Made by a program: the position numbers and the translations under genes
The notes under the pieces: generated by a model
What the model was told of the DNA's origin: nothing
Databases searched by the model: none
The model's input: the letters and a program-made list of their open reading frames with translations, nothing else
Shown: positions 38,707 to 51,499 of the stretch, in pieces
Numbering within the stretch: the stretch's first letter is position 1
Layout of the letters: each line of letters begins with the position of its first letter
NCBI GenBank assembly: GCA_050273025.1
Contig: CP158635.1
Location: forward strand, 2,046,001 to 2,110,000
Source of the DNA: Cenococcum geophilum
Taxonomy: Eukaryota
Direction of reading: 5' to 3'
DNA length: 64,000 bases

Positions 38707-41098
38707 ATGTCCAAATATCACGGATGGGACATTGACGCAATGAAGGTTGGGCGAGCACTAGAGGAGCGTGATAATGCAGAGGAAACGTCATCGCAGAAGT
38801 GGAGGTAGCGTTCCAGACACTGCTCACACTTCCTTTTGCTGACTTCCTTTTGCTGACTGCCTGTTCACTAAACCAATTGGACCTAGGCTAACTCTTGATC
38901 GGTATAGGAAGCCCAACATCAGTCACGACACGGCTTCAAGCTTCACTCCCGTCAATCAGCCTAATTCCTCGGCCCCTCTATATCTACCTTTAGCAAGTAC
39001 CACCGGGTCGAAAGGGCATAATGGTGACACTCTAAAGCACAGCTGCCTCCCCAAGGAGAGTAATTCTTTGGTTGTCGAATATCTCGGATTCGGTGAAGAT
39101 ACTGGGGCGCCTTCCAAATTTGAGCGTGACGGTGGAAATGCTTCTGGGACTCGCAACCCAGTGGGAGGTGGCGGCGGTAATCAGTGGAACATGCCTAGTG
39201 CAACAACCGGGACTGCCGTGGTTAAATCCAAAGGCAAAGCCAAGAAGTGGAGCATTTCTGATGGACTACGTATCACGAAGACCACCGCGCAACTGCGGCC
39301 AACAATCTCGAAGAATAAACCAAGCTTTGAACATTCCGAGGATACTGAGGCCCCAATTAAGAGCTCGGGAACAGATACTTGGCCCAACGTGGTCGACATA
39401 TCTGAAGTTATCCAAAACAAGCTCAGCTCCTTCGGGAACAAAGCCTCAGAGCCAACACCTGACTTACAAGGCTCTTCACTACCGCATGGCATACCAAAAC
39501 ATGATGACATATCCCTCATATTACCAATGACATCCTTAAACGCAATCAGGGTACAGCAAGGTTTCAGCTCTATAATTTATCAAGGACCCTATCAAGCAAA
39601 TACTGGTCTCAGCTCTCTGCCACAATCGGACTCATCAATATATCTAACCAGCAAAACGCCGCGGATAAAAGGAACAATATCCCTTGCTCATAGCGACACC
39701 GCAAAGCCAGTAGGTGATGCGCGAAATATGCCTCTAAACCATGTTCTCAAAGGCAACACTCCAACTCTTGTTCAGGAATCATGGCGCTTGACACGCAAAG
39801 ACTGCGTCACAAGACACAACAACCCCCAAAGTAGCTCATCTCTACCCTTCACTATTGACTATGGGCATATTATAAATAGGCATAAATCAACAAGCTCCCT
39901 AGACATACTAACTCCCACGGAACTTCCTGGGACCGAAACCGCAGCCATGATTTTGCAGTCTTCACTCGGACTTGTGCCCAGCGCTCCGACAGACTCTTGG
40001 AGTCACTCTAAGGCGTTTAAGTCTGCCCATCGATCAGACCGAGACTACAATAATTTACCTCATTCGCAGGGTCAGATTGCACATGAGGAGCCTAGGCGTG
40101 CCCCGCCCTCAAATTCATTTGGTTCATCATATGCAGCCTCTTCTCGTAACAGTCAGGCAAGCGTTGAACTTGACGCGTTTGAGGATTTAGATGATGGGAT
40201 AAGTGACTCCGACCTTCTGATGTTTACAGTTGATGAAGAGGCCGGCAAAGGGGAGACCAGTTGTGAGATGTCTTCTACTTTTCATGAAGCTCTAACACAT
40301 CAAACCCAGGGAGGCCACATCAGCTTGAGGCTGCAGCAACGAGAACCAAGCGCAATGGAAAAGGATAGTAGAGATAATTGGACATTTCTTGAAGACGATG
40401 AAAACTTTTTCGATCTGGATTTCAGCGATGGCCCATCCAGTTCTATTGCTGAACCATCCTCATCAACTGATCAAGAGAGCCATGCCTTCTTCATTGAAAA
40501 CTCGGCAGTCACTGATATTAGTAGATACGAGCCGGGTAACACGGACGATCTCCGTCATCCGGAAGAGGGAATTGTACCAGAACCCACACTTTCGGGCGCT
40601 CTAGGGCTAAACGAAAATTTACATCATCTCTCGAACCACACACCTGTTGTCAGGCCTCCCTTTCCAGTCCAAGTGCGAGACCGATCCCCAATCATCGGCC
40701 TGTCCTCCAAAAGTTTACTCCGTACATGTTTCCGTGTTGGCGAAGCCCTGAATATAGGTCGCCATGCTGTTCGTAACGGTAAACCTACAATCATCGAACT
40801 GTATGCTCGAGTCGCCTCGTCATGGCGGGAACCAGATAGTGTTAAACAACATTTTGTCTTCTCCGATTTATTTCATGACCATCCTCCTTTCATGAATGGT
40901 GTATACGAGCTTTGGAAAGGAGTTGAACTGTGGGATTATGACAGCGGCAGATTCCTCAACCCAAGCGAGCAACAAAGGATATGCAGATGCATAGGAAAAA
41001 CGAAAAGAGATGGAAAGAAATGGAAGTTCGTGATGTTGAACATTTGGGAAGCAACCTGGGACGACGTTGATTACGCCAAGGGTATCATTTGCACGTAG
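38707..41098 (+). CDS. conserved hypothetical protein: long disordered region plus conserved C-terminal, putatively OB-fold-like, domain
   Basis: Exon 1 38707-38804; intron 38805-38907 (GTAGCG..CTAAC..TAG) joins in frame to the 676-aa ORF. C-terminal PVVRPPFP..VRDRSPIIGLS...LRTCFRVGEALN...ELYARV...NIWEATWDDV. Confidence 0.85.
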
Positions 41099-41291
41099 AA
41101 TAATTTAAGTCGCTGCTAAACCTTTCCAACCTCACTGACATCTTTAACACCTTAACTTCCACTTTATCTCATGAATCAGACGCTCCGCAAAGATTTATTC
41201 CGGTGACATGCTAACTCCTAGACCAATCAGAATGGCGCACTAATTTCAGCCCACTGCGCACCCCTGCCACCAGCAAAATCTTCTGCGGAGC

Positions 41292-42212
41292 GTCTGAGAG
41301 CTTATGGGAGTCGCTTTGGTGCGAAATGAATGTTTTAGATCGCGTATTTTAACTTTAACTGGCTCTACTAAGGCCCCACCAATAGTTATTAAAACTTTGT
41401 TTGATGTAATAGATTCTTTAGGTAATTATATCTTTATAAATATATACTATAGCCCTATACCTAGAGTATTAAGAGGTGAGATACATTGTTGCAAAAGTTA
41501 AGTTAGATTTTGAACGGAATCTTTATAGATTTTGGGCCCAAAACTGACTAACTACCTATATCTAACTTCCCGTAGAATAGAGCTACAATATTACCGCGAT
41601 ATAGAGGCGATAGAGAAGATAAAGGGCTTTTAGCTTATACTATTTTGGAGATAATTAGACATAGAGAAGTATGTAATTTTTGGTAGTAAGGCAAGATTGC
41701 GATAAAATAGGCTAAAATGACCGACTGCCTATGTCTAACTTCTTGTAAAATAGAGCTATAATATTACTATAACGTAGAGGTAATAGAGAAGAAAAAGAGC
41801 TTTTAGCTTATAGTATTTTAGAGATAATTAGACGTAGAGAAGTATATAAGGTATGGAGCTTCGAGCAGAGCTTCGAGTAGAGCTTCAAGCAGAGCTTCGA
41901 GCAGAGCTTCGAGCAGAGCCTTATGCAGAGCTTTGAGCAGAGCAGTGAGGTAAGATTGCAACCGACGAGTTTTGCGACTAACGATTTTTGTGACCGATGA
42001 AAATACAACTAACGAAAATACGACTAACTAATATAGCCACGACGTCATTATTTATTGCAATAGATAGAGAAATTAAAGAGCTCCTACCTTATAGTATTTT
42101 TATAATAACTAGACGTTATAAAAGGGTTAAGATATAGCGTTGTAATAGAAGAGTTATCGCCTAATAAGAAATATTGAGTTCCTATATAAAGAGGGCCCAT
42201 AAGCTCTCAGAC
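41292..42212. mobile_element. about 920-bp RIP-mutated non-autonomous TIR element between two genes
   Basis: Perfect 17-bp inverted repeat GTCTGAGAGCTTATGGG (41292-41308 / 42196-42212) bounds an AT-rich island with an internal duplication and a 12-bp tandem array. Confidence 0.7.
41856..41944. repeat. 12-bp tandem repeat (GAGCTTCGAGCA)n, about 7 copies
   Basis: Directly visible array AGAGCTTCGAGC with single-base variants. Confidence 0.9.
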
Positions 42213-42571
42213 CCTTGGGGAGAAATTCCTCTCGGTGCGATCTGATTGGTCCAGGAGTCCACAGGACTAGGGTAAGGTCCACAAGCGTAGCGCTAGCCCT
42301 TAGCTACGTCGTGGCGCAATTTCTCCCCGGGGGTCTGATTCATGAGATAACTTCCACTGAGGCTCCTATCTTTCCTAAACACGTGATTTGCGGCTCAAAG
42401 TAACCCCGCGTCTAACGTCCGTGCTCTGTTAATCGCCCTTCACCTCCAACGCGGCGTTGGAGGGCATCTTCAGCACTGCTCAATGCTGGTACCAACTCTT
42501 GATATGATTAAATGCCGGCCCTTGTTATCATTGAAGGGCAAGCTTTGCCCACTTGATCGCAATTCTTCACA

Positions 42572-44703
42572 ATGGATATGGCCAACCCTTTCACAAGATC
42601 ATCAGAACCGCCCATTCGTCCTCCCTCTATCGAGGCAATGATAGGAAGCCAACTGGCCAGCCAAAGATCGAGTAGAGCCGCCAGCGGAGGTGAAGGTGGG
42701 GGCGATGCTGATTCCGATTCCCTGTTCTCCGTGCGAACTCCAACAAAATCACCTTCAAAGGCTCGGTCGCTCTCGGATTCGACACCCCAACTATCCCCTT
42801 CACCCAAATTTCGCGAACCTCGACTCACTTCAAAAGATGATCAAACCATTATCTCAAGCCCTCGAACACCTCGGAGGCCGGACTTCCTTTCTAGAGGCTT
42901 ATCGTTGCAAATGCCGGCTCGGGACATCGGGATGCAGAGTCCAGCAAACCTAGTTAATCGCGTACCTCTCTCTCCTCAGCTCGATGCTCGTAATACCTAC
43001 GCTTCCCCAGCTTCTTTATTACCACGACGCTCGCGAGGCGCGGAGTTCTCACGCGCTTGTACCAACCTCCACCACTCAACCCTTGCGGAGCAATCATCGC
43101 CTGATTCCTCGCCGACGATCACACAAAAGGGAATGATGATACCTCCGAGGAAGGGCAGGTCCAACTCGCTGGTTCTTGACTCGCCACATCTGAACTCGAG
43201 TTCTATTTGGTCAGCATTGGGCAACGGAGATAGAACAGCTGCATCAAGCTCGCTCGGCAGCATCAATATGCTTGGTTCAGAGTCCTCGAGCAGCAGCTCG
43301 GATGATGGTGATCCAATAGATCCAGATGATAATGATGATCCTATGATCATGACCCCTCAAGTGCTAAAGTCCTCCATAAACATCAATTCAACGCCTTTTG
43401 GAGGACCGTCCGCACCTAGTCCTGGAGGAGCTTGGTCAACCATGTTCTCTCCAAGTGGGCCACCCACATTCATGAGCATCCAGCGAGCGAGATTGCGGAA
43501 GGGACGGAGCAGAAAGAGCTCAAGCAGCGCCAGTGGGCATAGTTCCATGGCCAGTCCAGGGCCTGGTTCGCCTCCTAACGGTAAAGGTACTGAAAGCGGC
43601 AATGGAGGGTATTTTGCAAGAGAAGCAGTGATCCGCAGCGCAGGTTCTCGAAGAGAGAGCTTATCAATGTTTACCAATGACTTGCATATATCTTCAGGGA
43701 ATGACAGTGGAGATGAAGCAGGCATCACGGCGCCATCAACACCAGGGGTAGTTCGGCGGCCTGTTACAAGGAGGGGTAATTTGCTGGCAAGTAATGCCAT
43801 TACGTACTCTTGCCGATGTGGAACTAACATAGAGGATAGCCAAAGTCGAGGCAGTTTGGTCGCATCAAAGCTGAACTACTAGAAGAGAGTGCACCCATCG
43901 ACAGTGAAGTGCGCAGAGAAGCGGAGATTATCCGGCAAGTTCGCGAAAGTGATGCCGACCTTGACCGCCTTCAATCCACAACTGCACATTCGTCCCCGAC
44001 GCTGCTACCGACTGTTCCTGGGCTAGATGGTCCGCTTGAAGGCGTTCTAGGGGAGGGTAGCGAAAGTGGAATGAGTCTGGATAGCTCGAGTACAGTAGCT
44101 GTGAAGGGACTTTTTGGAGCGTTCAACATACAGGCATCGAAGAATTCCGGCGGACGAGGATACTGGAGCAATCTTGAGAGTCACGCACATACTACACCGC
44201 CTCCATTCTTTGCTCGGGCAAGCTCCTCAGCCATTAGCGATGATATCAATATGGACTCGCCAACGATTTCATCTGCATCAACATCACTTCCTTCAACCAG
44301 TGTAGCTGCCGCTCAGGAACAAGGGAGGGATGTTCAATTCTCCCGGTCGTCGACACCTCAGCCACTGGTTCCCCCGACTGCAGCGGATGGCCTGAAGAAA
44401 TCGAATAAGAGGCGCAGGGATGATGACCTCGACGGTAATTCCATTAAGAGGCGCGCAGTATCACCAGGTGTGAGTGTGCAGAACAGCCCAATACTGTCGC
44501 AATCACCAGGTCAAAGAGACAGCGGTCTTTGGAACACGCAAAAGCCTAGCCGTGAGAGCTCCGTTTCTGGCCATGCTGCAGGTGAGCGGTCAAATAGCGG
44601 CGGGAGTCTCTCGAGCATAACCCCTGTTTTAGGGCCTAAGAGAATTGGCCTTCAGGGCATGACGGATACACACGACGGTCTTATGAAGATGAGTATTGAG
44701 TGA
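42572..44703 (+). CDS. conserved Ser/Pro-rich hypothetical protein, two exons joined by a GC-AG intron (43787-43839)
   Basis: ORF 42572 ...VTRRGNLL | GCAAGT...CTAAC...TAG | PKSRQFGRIKAELLEESAPIDSEVRREAEIIRQVRE joins in frame with ORF 43909-44703, ending GLMKMSIE. Confidence 0.88.
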
Positions 44704-45126
44704 AATTGGGTCGTATACCTCGGGATTTTTAAAAGCGGTTTTATTTCCAAATCGCGGCGTTTAGAATGGGGATGGTGGCGTTGGAGCATTAGTTGGAGGT
44801 GCAGATAGTGGCGTCAAGTTCAATTTTCGATGATATCCAAATGTATCTTCTTAACTGTAATCCTCTTAGGGACAAGCGGATAGACACTTCGTATCATGTG
44901 ATCAGAATAGTCCAATTTATGAGACAACTGTATATCTGTCTACTTCCTGTACATGGCTAGCTTCTGCAGCGAAACGACATGTTGCGGGCAACACCAAGCC
45001 CCTCGCCAAGACTTTGGGACAACCTCCGCATTGCGAATCTGACCCACCATTGAACATATCAACCGCCACGGCTAGATCTGCCAAAATATTTTGATCATTT
45101 GCCATACTTTCTCAAATACTCTCTCG

Positions 45127-46353
45127 ATGCCCTCGAACAATCCAGCCCTAGCATCCTTTGTTGAGAGTGCCCCGCCTGGAGAGGTAGACTTGCGCTCCCT
45201 GATGTTGGGCAACAAACTAACCAGTTGCTAGCTATTAGATGTCACTAAGGGTATGCATATTTGTCCGTTCAATCTTCAATGCAGACTCTAAGCTCCCATG
45301 ACATACAGCGATCAAGTCCATCCTTGCCGACGACCCATCAGCCCTCCAATCGTTAACGCCTGCTTTCGAGAAATATAACGAGGAGCAGTTCGCAACTGTC
45401 AAGTTACCTGGAGGTAGCGAGGAGGTATATACAAAAGAAACTGATATGGAAAAAATATAAAAGAAGCGCTCATATTAGGATACAGGTCGTTGTCAGCTCG
45501 CATAACTCACTCGGCGATGGACGATATTATGATGTAGCCACCCAGAGTTCTTTCGTGTTCGACCACGCTTCTCAGGTTCTACAACCCGCCTCTCAGAGTA
45601 TGAAAGCAGCTAATTATTCTTAGAAAGCATCAGCAGTGCAATCATATGTCCTAGAATCATCACAGCTTGACATAGTGTAAGTGACAATACCCCCTGTGAC
45701 CTTACGCTCAAGCACCTTACTGACTTGCCCCACTACTATAGCAAATCGCTCCTAAAGCCTCTGTCCTCGCATGTTGCTGAACATTATCCAAAATCCTCTC
45801 TCGGAGTGTACCCCATAGAAAACGATTCCCAGATTGCCATCCTGACGGTAGCCAATAAATATAGCCCGAACAATTTCTGGTACGAAGGCGTTAGGATTAT
45901 AATAAAACCATGACGTCCGCTATCTGCCGTGGCTGATTTAAATTTACAGGAATGGCCGCTGGCGTTCTCTCTATATCCTCTCCCCCGGCAGCGGTTCCCT
46001 AGTCGGCTCTCTCAAGGTTGACGTTCATTACTACGAAGATGGCAATGTGCGTCTTCTAACCGATAAGCCTATCTCAGTTTCCTTGTCCTCGTCTGCCAGC
46101 GCCTCTGAGGTCGCAAAACAGATTGCGATGGTTGAACGGAAATACCAAGAGGATCTGAACAAAGCGTTCGGGAGTCTGAGCGAAGGGACATTCAAGGCAT
46201 TGAGGAGGCAGCTACCGATTACGAGGCAAAAGATCGAGTGGGAGAAAATAAGTGGATATCGCGTAAGTACTACCTGATCGACTTCGATCGTAGGAGATAT
46301 AACTAAAGATGTGGCAGTTGGGACAGGACATTGGTGGCGGGAGGTCGAGATAA
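45127..46353 (+). CDS. CAP1: F-actin capping protein subunit alpha, multi-exon
   Basis: Spliced translation MPSNNPALASFVESAPPGE...AFEKYNEEQFATVKLPG...ANKYSPNNFW|NGRWRS...KVDVHYYEDGNVRL...FKALRRQLPITRQKIEWEKISGYR|LGQDIGGGRSR*. Short GT-AG introns. Confidence 0.97.
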
Positions 46354-46794
46354 AGAAGATCGGTGAGCTGTGGAGATACTAAGTCTCAATCTTTTGCATG
46401 TCTGGAGGACTTGAACTCCAGCGTGTGTTTTGCATGGAATACCTGGTGCCAGGGAGAGTTGCAGTGACACAGGCATTGGAAGTCCTGAGTAAGAAACATG
46501 CTACCATGCAATGCAGTTTAGTGGATCACCCTCTGAAGATCTTCGTCGCAAATTTCATCGCCTTTACTTTTCTGTGATATTGCAATGTTCACTATCTCGT
46601 CTGGGTGGGCTGAACCAATTTCACTGCACTAAATCGACCGAAGCAGCAGTGTCCACCCACTCATATTTCTCCTCACTCACGTCTCACCTTCACGCCTTTC
46701 CAAGGTCCATCACCTATACCTCTACCTCTTCTGATTATACTATATCAGGTCACCATAGTCCACTCTTCTGGACTCGCAGGCTAGGAAGCTCTTA

Positions 46795-47414
46795 ATGCCC
46801 TGCAAACACGTTAATACTCCTGAGGGTTGTCGGCGAGGGAACTGCCCCTTCTCCCACGATGAGAGCCTTTTACAGTCATGCTTCAAGCAGGCGTGCAAAC
46901 ACCCCAGATCACCTGAAGGCTGCCCTCTCGGAGAGCAGTACCCGTTCTCCCATGAACCGTCTAGTCCAACAGAACCACGAACTTTGAAGCAAGGCAACAG
47001 CAAAACAATCCACCGGGCCACTAAAAACACAATCTTCGCTCCAGGTCCTCGAAATAGAGGCCAGCCACTTGCAGTTGCGAGGAAGAAGTACATCAATATA
47101 GCTTCTGGTCGTCCCTCAATTGGACTCACAACCGCCCAGCAACCCACACCAGCTAGATATAACGAATCCCTATCTTCATGTGAACGCCATGAAGCCACTA
47201 TGTCTACTCAGCCTTCTACTCAAAATCGATACTCTACTGTGGTGAGCGATACCACAGCCTCAGATCAGCGTGCAAGTGGCGAGAATGCTCCAACTTCGAC
47301 ATCACAGACAAGACTATCTAATTTTTTGGCTACTCAATTTTCGGCCCCGCTGTCGAACTCGACAAAGAACCCATGCATATTTCCTCAATGTGGGCATATC
47401 ATTACGCTGCCCAA
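46795..47414 (+). pseudogene. 5' part of a CCCH zinc-finger / NFX1-helicase-family (ZNFX1-like) gene, interrupted by a TE stack
   Basis: MPCKHVNTPEGCRRGNCPFSH and CKHPRSPEGCPLGEQYPFSH (CCCH-like), then NPCIFPQCGHIITLPN, which continues in frame at 61467. Confidence 0.75.
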
Positions 47415-47666
47415 CGTGCGTCCAAGAGTCAGCGACGCCGTCAGCCTCGCTGCCAAGAGGCTGATAATGTAAGCAGCCAGCGAGCCAACTAAATCGTGAC
47501 AGTCAGTCAGCTATAAGACTGCAGCCAGCTGACAGCTCGCTGTCTTGGCGGTAATATTTGGTGGTAAGTTGAAGCTTTTGGTAGAAGTTGAGGATATTCG
47601 GATAATCCGGTTGGTTGATTATACGCCAAGCAATGAGAAACCCATTGGAATCTCTCGCTTAGCTAT

Positions 47667-49938
47667 CCCTTCGCCCGCTGGTGGACAACGCTCGGGCCAG
47701 TTTTCAGGCCCGTGCAGCAACACCGTGCTGAGCTGTACAGGAGGCATCACAGAGCATGTAAACGGTCGAATTAGCTAGTTCCCTAAGCCCAAATCAATGC
47801 AATAAAATGCCGCGAACATTAAATGACATCAACTATATGAAAATAAAGGATCCTCGCACTAAAACGTCTAGAAAGCCTCCACTAGAGCTAGGGCCTCTAC
47901 CGCCATTCAAGCCACTGCAAATAGACGACTATTACGACCTAGGCGAAGCCTTTGTCCCCTTTAGCATTAATAGGCATAATTCTATAGCCCTTTTCCGCCT
48001 GTTTTTTAACAATAAGATAATGGATTTAATAGCTATATAGATAAACGCTTATATAGAGGCGTATCTAGTACCAGAAAAAGATATACCTAGGGGCAAGCAA
48101 CGGCCATAGAGCCCTACGTGTAGGCAGGAGCTATACGCATATTTTGCAGTTGTTATTTATATAGAAATAATAATAGAGCCAGCCATAGAGGACTATTAGG
48201 GGCCTCTTAAAAAAGGAGCCGCTTATAAAGTAGGCGACTATATATTAAAGAATTAATAGAAGCAGCTTAAGCGCTATATTTAATGCAGTTCTATACCTAA
48301 TAATGGCTTCCATAATACGTTTAAGCGTATAGATAAGCTTGCTAAGTATCTATAGGTATACTACCGGTAGTACTAGAGGCCAGGCCCGCACCTAGCTGTT
48401 AATAAGACTATTTAGAGGTTTATGGGTAGAGCGTTAGAGATTGTTAATATTCTATTAAAACCTATACCAGAAGGCTTTAAGATATAGGTCTTAGCAAATT
48501 AGGGCTATGTTCTTAACTAGCTATAGCATGCTAAAGGCGATAAAAAGGGCCTAGTAAACCTAAATACATCCTTCCTAAATAAGGGCTTTATAAAAACTTA
48601 AGCCGTTATTCTTAACCTCCTTATATAGCGTCACCTAAGTACTAATAAACGCCTATATCCGCCGGATAAGCACGTAGTTTAGCTAGATAATCTCTTTAGT
48701 AGTATAAAGCTATTTAAACGGCTAAAATCTCTTGGAATTAGGGTAGCTGGAATAGTTAAAATAATACGTATATAATAAGAGAAGATAGGTAAAAAGGAAT
48801 ATAATATTAAGCTTTAAGACGGTATATTTAGACTAGATATAAGCTTATAGAAAAGGATAATAAGGGCCTAAAAGAAGGTGCTGGCGGAGCGCTTCTCTGC
48901 ATTACTTATAGACCTTAAATTAAGCCATAATAAGTAAATTCCGTAGGATATACTATACGGAGAGTTATCTAAGAGTTATAAGGTAATAGAGTTTGCCTAA
49001 AAGGACACTATATACGTTCTATTTCTATCTATAATCTATAATAGTACGTATATTATCCTTAACACCATATTATAGAGTTACTAACGTTATATATTACTAG
49101 GCCAGAATTATATTATAAAGCTTCAAAAATGACCCTCTATAATAACTATAGGCTATAGGTAAATAGTAAAGGTATTTAATAATAAGGCTAGGAAGGAATT
49201 AGATATACTAGACTTTATAAAGGAGTATAATCTCTTTATATATAGTGTTAACGTAGCCAACTAATTAAGGTCTTATTATAATACTAAGAGGACTTATATA
49301 AAGACGTAGAAGCCTCTATTCTCTTTCCTTTTAAATATAGTAGTTAGCAATTACTATTAGCTATCTACCTATAGGATAGTTAGAGAGTAAACTCTACGCT
49401 AATATTCCCATACTTAATTCCGCCGCAACCTCTATAATGCCATATTCTACTTATCTATTTAAACTACTACGCTACGGCCCTCTAAAATAATAAAGGGAGT
49501 AATAAATATAATATAGTAGCTAGTATGTAAGTATATATATAGGCAGATCTTTAAGAAACCTATTACCTGCGCTACCTACTTAGCAGTACGGTATACAACC
49601 TCTATATAACACTAGAGCGCTTAGATTCCACTTATTAATTTATCTAACAACACTATAAGGAAGAGGAGAGAGGATAGTTATAGCTAAAAGCGCCGCTTAA
49701 GGCCGCCTAGGACGAACTTTAGTTATATAGCTTATAAGATTCCACTTTATACTTCCTTATAGTGTTAGAAAGAATATCTAGCTAAGCTTAACTCTAAGGA
49801 CTAGGCCTTAGATAGCTATATATAGCAATTTAAACGGCCTTACGTTATGTATAAATTCCATTATGGAGAGCTAAGAGAGAGCCTCCTATTAGCTAGATCC
49901 TTATCGATAACGTTGAGCCCATCTTAGCGGGCGAAGGG
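47667..49938 (+). mobile_element. piggyBac-family DNA transposon with RIP-inactivated transposase (about 47807-49830)
   Basis: TIR CCCTTCGCCCGCT / AGCGGGCGAAGGG. Transposase motifs IALFRLFFNNKIMDLIA, HLAVNKTI*RFMGRALEIVNILLKPIPEGFKI*VLAN*GYV, V*LDNLFSS. Confidence 0.9.
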
Positions 49939-50307
49939 ATAATATCTCCATTGCGCGCTATAAACCCGTGCTAAAGCTTACCATTTTATTGCCTATATAA
50001 AATGCAACGTATATTGCATTTCACGCGTTAGCTAAGCAGTAGAGCTACTTCCTCTACTTCTTCCTCATTTAATTTATAATCTACGCGTTATTTAACTCCT
50101 TTAGCACCGCGTAGGGTTTGTGGATTAACTGCTTCCTCCCCTCTTCTAATTGACGATAATACTGAATTGGGCGGTTAAGATAATTCCGTATCGCGAGAGC
50201 CTCCTCTAGCAAATCGGAACTATGGCTGGGATAATCTCTACCTAATAATATACGGTAAGCTTACTAGCAAATATGGATACCGGGTTATTAATAAGCGGTT
50301 GCTATTA

Positions 50308-50672
50308 ACGTGTTCTACTAGTTATCCGGCAGCCCCAAAAACCACCAAAAATTAGAAAAAATGCACCTTAATATCTTAATAACGGCTTAATAATAAATTC
50401 CAAAATTTTATAATTAGCCTTTTAACCCTATTTTAACCCTTTTATTAGATTTAAAAATATTGCAATTTAGCTTAAAATTAGGGGCTAAAACCTAATATCT
50501 TAATAACAGCTAGGCTTATTATACTAGAACTTTATTAAAGGTCTTAATATAAGCACAAAAGGCTAATTATAAAAATTTGGAATTTATTATTACGCCATTG
50601 TTAAGATGTTAAGGTGCATTTTTTCTAATTTTTGGTGGTTTTGGGGGCTGTTGGATAACTAGTAGAACACGT
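50308..50672. mobile_element. MITE A, Tc1/mariner-type, long TIRs, TA TSD
   Basis: TA|ACGTGTTCTACTAGTTATCC...GGATAACTAGTAGAACACGT|TA; inverted repeat longer than 100 bp. Confidence 0.9.
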
Positions 50673-50678
50673 TAAGTA

Positions 50679-51113
50679 ACGTACTCTACTAGCGAGCTGC
50701 GAACACCAGCGAGCTGCGAACCCTAAAAACTACTAAAAATCGGAAAAAGTGCATCTTAATATCTTGACAATGGCTTAATAATAAATTCTGAAATTTTATA
50801 ATTAGCCTTTTATGCCTATATTAAGACTTTTAATAAAATTCTAGTATAATAAGCCTGCCCGTTACCTGGCCGTTATTAAAATATTAGGTTTTAGCCCCTA
50901 ATCTTAAGCTAAATTACAATATCTTTAGAGCTATTTAATAGATTACTTTTTAAATCTAATAAGAGGTTTAAAATAGGTATAAAAGGCTAATTATAAAATT
51001 TCAGAATTTATTATTAAGCCATTGTCGAGATATTAAGGTGCACTTTTTCCGATTTTTGGTAGTTTTTGGGGTTCGCAGCTCGCTGGTATTTGTAGCTCGC
51101 CAGTAGAGTATAT
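50679..51113. mobile_element. MITE B, related to MITE A, opposite internal orientation, TA TSD
   Basis: TA|ACGTACTCTACTAGCGAGCTGCGAAC...GCTCGCCAGTAGAGTATAT|TA (right end RIP-altered). Inner TIR and spacer are homologous to the reverse complement of MITE A. Confidence 0.88.
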
Positions 51114-51499
51114 TAAAGCTCCTATATTACTAAGGGTGTATTTAGTTGCAATTTAGAGCTTTTTCAATCTAATATTAGTCTATGCTTTAACCGGCGTCAA
51201 TTAGTAGATAATTAGTGGCGCTTAATCTGGTAGTTATACTTAATCTAAAATAAAGCTAACTGTTCGGTTAACTGTTCTAAAAAGGCCTTAGATAAGGCTT
51301 AAAATTAGTAATATCTTCTGCCTATATTAATTAATCCTCTACTAAAATATACCTACTATTAAACCTTTATTACTAGCTCCTTATTTTAGTATCTTCTTAC
51401 TATATTACTAATAACTATTACCCCTACTCCTGCTACTAATACGTATATACTACGTTCTTTGCGCCCTTTACCCCTTTATATATAGCCCGCAGCTTACTA

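Noticed and set aside
33291..44305. Many overlapping antisense or alternate-frame ORFs in the gene island
   Set aside because: They are shadows of the real CDSs in GC-balanced sequence.
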